From Narcine bancroftii (lineage: Eukaryota), in contig NC_091469.1 of the NCBI RefSeq assembly GCF_036971445.1, positions 240,622,001 through 240,686,000 on the forward strand: a DNA stretch of 64,000 nucleotides. Direction: 5' to 3'. The position numbers were made by a program, and so were the translations under genes. Under the pieces are notes generated by a model. The model did not search any database. It was not told the DNA's origin and worked only from the letters and a program-made list of their open reading frames with translations. Positions 62,501 through 64,000 of the stretch are shown piece after piece (the stretch's first letter is position 1; each line of letters starts with the position of its first letter).

Positions 62501-64000
62501 ACAGTATGTTACTTACTGGAGAACAGATAAATGGCTTTGTCAGTATGTTTCTGTCTGGTAAACAGATACCCTGTTCTGTCAGAACGTTAATGAATGGTGA
62601 ACGGATATCCTGCAATGTCCGTACGTTACAGACTGGTGAATAGATAACTGGCTCCGTCAAAACATTACTGACTGGTGAGTGAATACCCTGCTCCATCGGT
62701 ACAATACTTACTGGTGAACGGATACCTGGATCTGTCAGTACGTTACTGACTGTTGAATGGATACCCTGCTCTGTCATTATGTTACTGACTGGTGAGCGGA
62801 AACCCTGCTCAGTCAGTAAATTGCTGAATGGTGAATGGATTCCCGGCTCCGTCAGTACGTTTCTAACTGGTGAACAGATACCATGCTCTGTCAGTTCATT
62901 ACTAACTGGTGAATGGACACCCTGTCCTGTCATTATGTTACTGACTTGTTAATGGATACCCTGCTCAGAGAGTATGTTACAGACTGGTGAGCAGATACCT
63001 CTTCCATCAGTACTTACTGACTGTTGAACAGATAGCCGGCTCCATCGAAATGTTACCAAATGGTGAATAGATACTTAACTCTGACAGTTCATTACTGACT
63101 GGTAAACAAATACCCTGCTATATCAGTACGTTACTTACTGGAGAACAGATAAATGGTTCTGTCAGTAAATTGCTGAATGGTGAATGGATTCCTGGTTCCG
63201 TCAGTAAGTGTCTGACTGGTGAACAAATACCATGCTCTGTCAATTCATTACTAACTGGTGAATGGACACCCAGTTCTGCCAGTATGTTACTGACTTGTTA
63301 AAGGATACCCTGCTAAGACAGTACATAACAGTCTTTTAAGCAGATACCCTGTTCCGTCATTTCTTTACTGACTCGTGAAAGGATACCTGGCTCCCTCAAT
63401 AAGTTACTGACTGGTGAACAGATACCATGCTCTGTCAGTTTGTTACTAACTGGTGCTTGGATACCCTGTTCTCTCAGTATGTTACTAACTTGTTAATGGA
63501 TGCCCTGCTAAGAGAGTATGTAACAGTCTTTTGAACAGATACCTTGTTCCATCATTTCTTGACTGACTTCCTCAATATGTTACTGTCTGGTGAAAGGATA
63601 ACCTTCTACATTTGAATGTTACTGATTGGTCAATGGATACCCTGCTCTCTCAGTACATTACTGTCTGGCAAACATATATCCTGCTCTGTCAGTTTGTTAC
63701 TGAGTGGTGAATGGATAGACAGCTCAGTCAGTCCGTTACTGACTGGTGAACAGATACTATGCTCTGTCAGTTCGTTACTCACTGGTAAATGCATACCCTG
63801 TTCTGTCAGAATGTTATTGACATGAATGGATACCCTGTTCAGAGAGTGCGTATCAAACTGGTGAGCAGATAACTTGTTCCGTCACTACTGACTTGTGAAC
63901 AGATACCATGCTCCATCAATATGTCATTGACTGGTGAACGGTTAACCTGCTGTAACATTTCATTACTGACTGGTGAACAAATACTCTGCTATATCAGTAC
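59540..64000. repeat. 39-bp satellite array (more than 100 units, continues past the window end)
   Basis: Consensus ctctgtcagtacgttactgactggtgaatggataccctg; 13-aa periodicity (LLTGEWIPCSVST) in the ORF track. Confidence 0.96.

Noticed and set aside
59540-64000. CRISPR-like palindromic repeats or a 13-aa repeat protein
   Set aside because: Units are head-to-tail with no unique spacers, there are no cas genes, and the context is vertebrate. The ORFs are broken by stops and arise from the 39-bp period.

Overview
Eukaryotic, repeat-dominated genomic DNA from a cartilaginous fish, probably a ray or skate, judged from the HE1/V-SINE, CR1, RTE and Rex repeat spectrum and the Ig sequences. The only recognisable host gene is a minus-strand immunoglobulin heavy-chain cluster of the IgW type. 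It has a leader/VH/D/JH block at about 55.7-56.5 kb, two intact constant-domain exons (Cw3- and Cw4-like, 37.1-37.8 kb), a possible degenerate Cys-rich secretory-tail exon (about 36 kb) and an intact transmembrane exon (31.7-31.8 kb). The V(D)J block is a pseudogene destroyed almost entirely by several short deletions. At least three sit on inferred direct microhomologies, and one removes the V-RSS heptamer cleanly. A 12-bp-spacer RSS abuts the J remnant. Cw1/Cw2 and Cw5/Cw6 were not found. The rest is LINEs (CR1, L1, RTE, Rex/Babar, Penelope), V-SINEs, Gypsy elements and solo LTRs, hAT and Tc1-type MITEs, several tandem arrays including a 39-bp hairpin satellite, and two assembly gaps. All calls were made by eye and no database searches were run.
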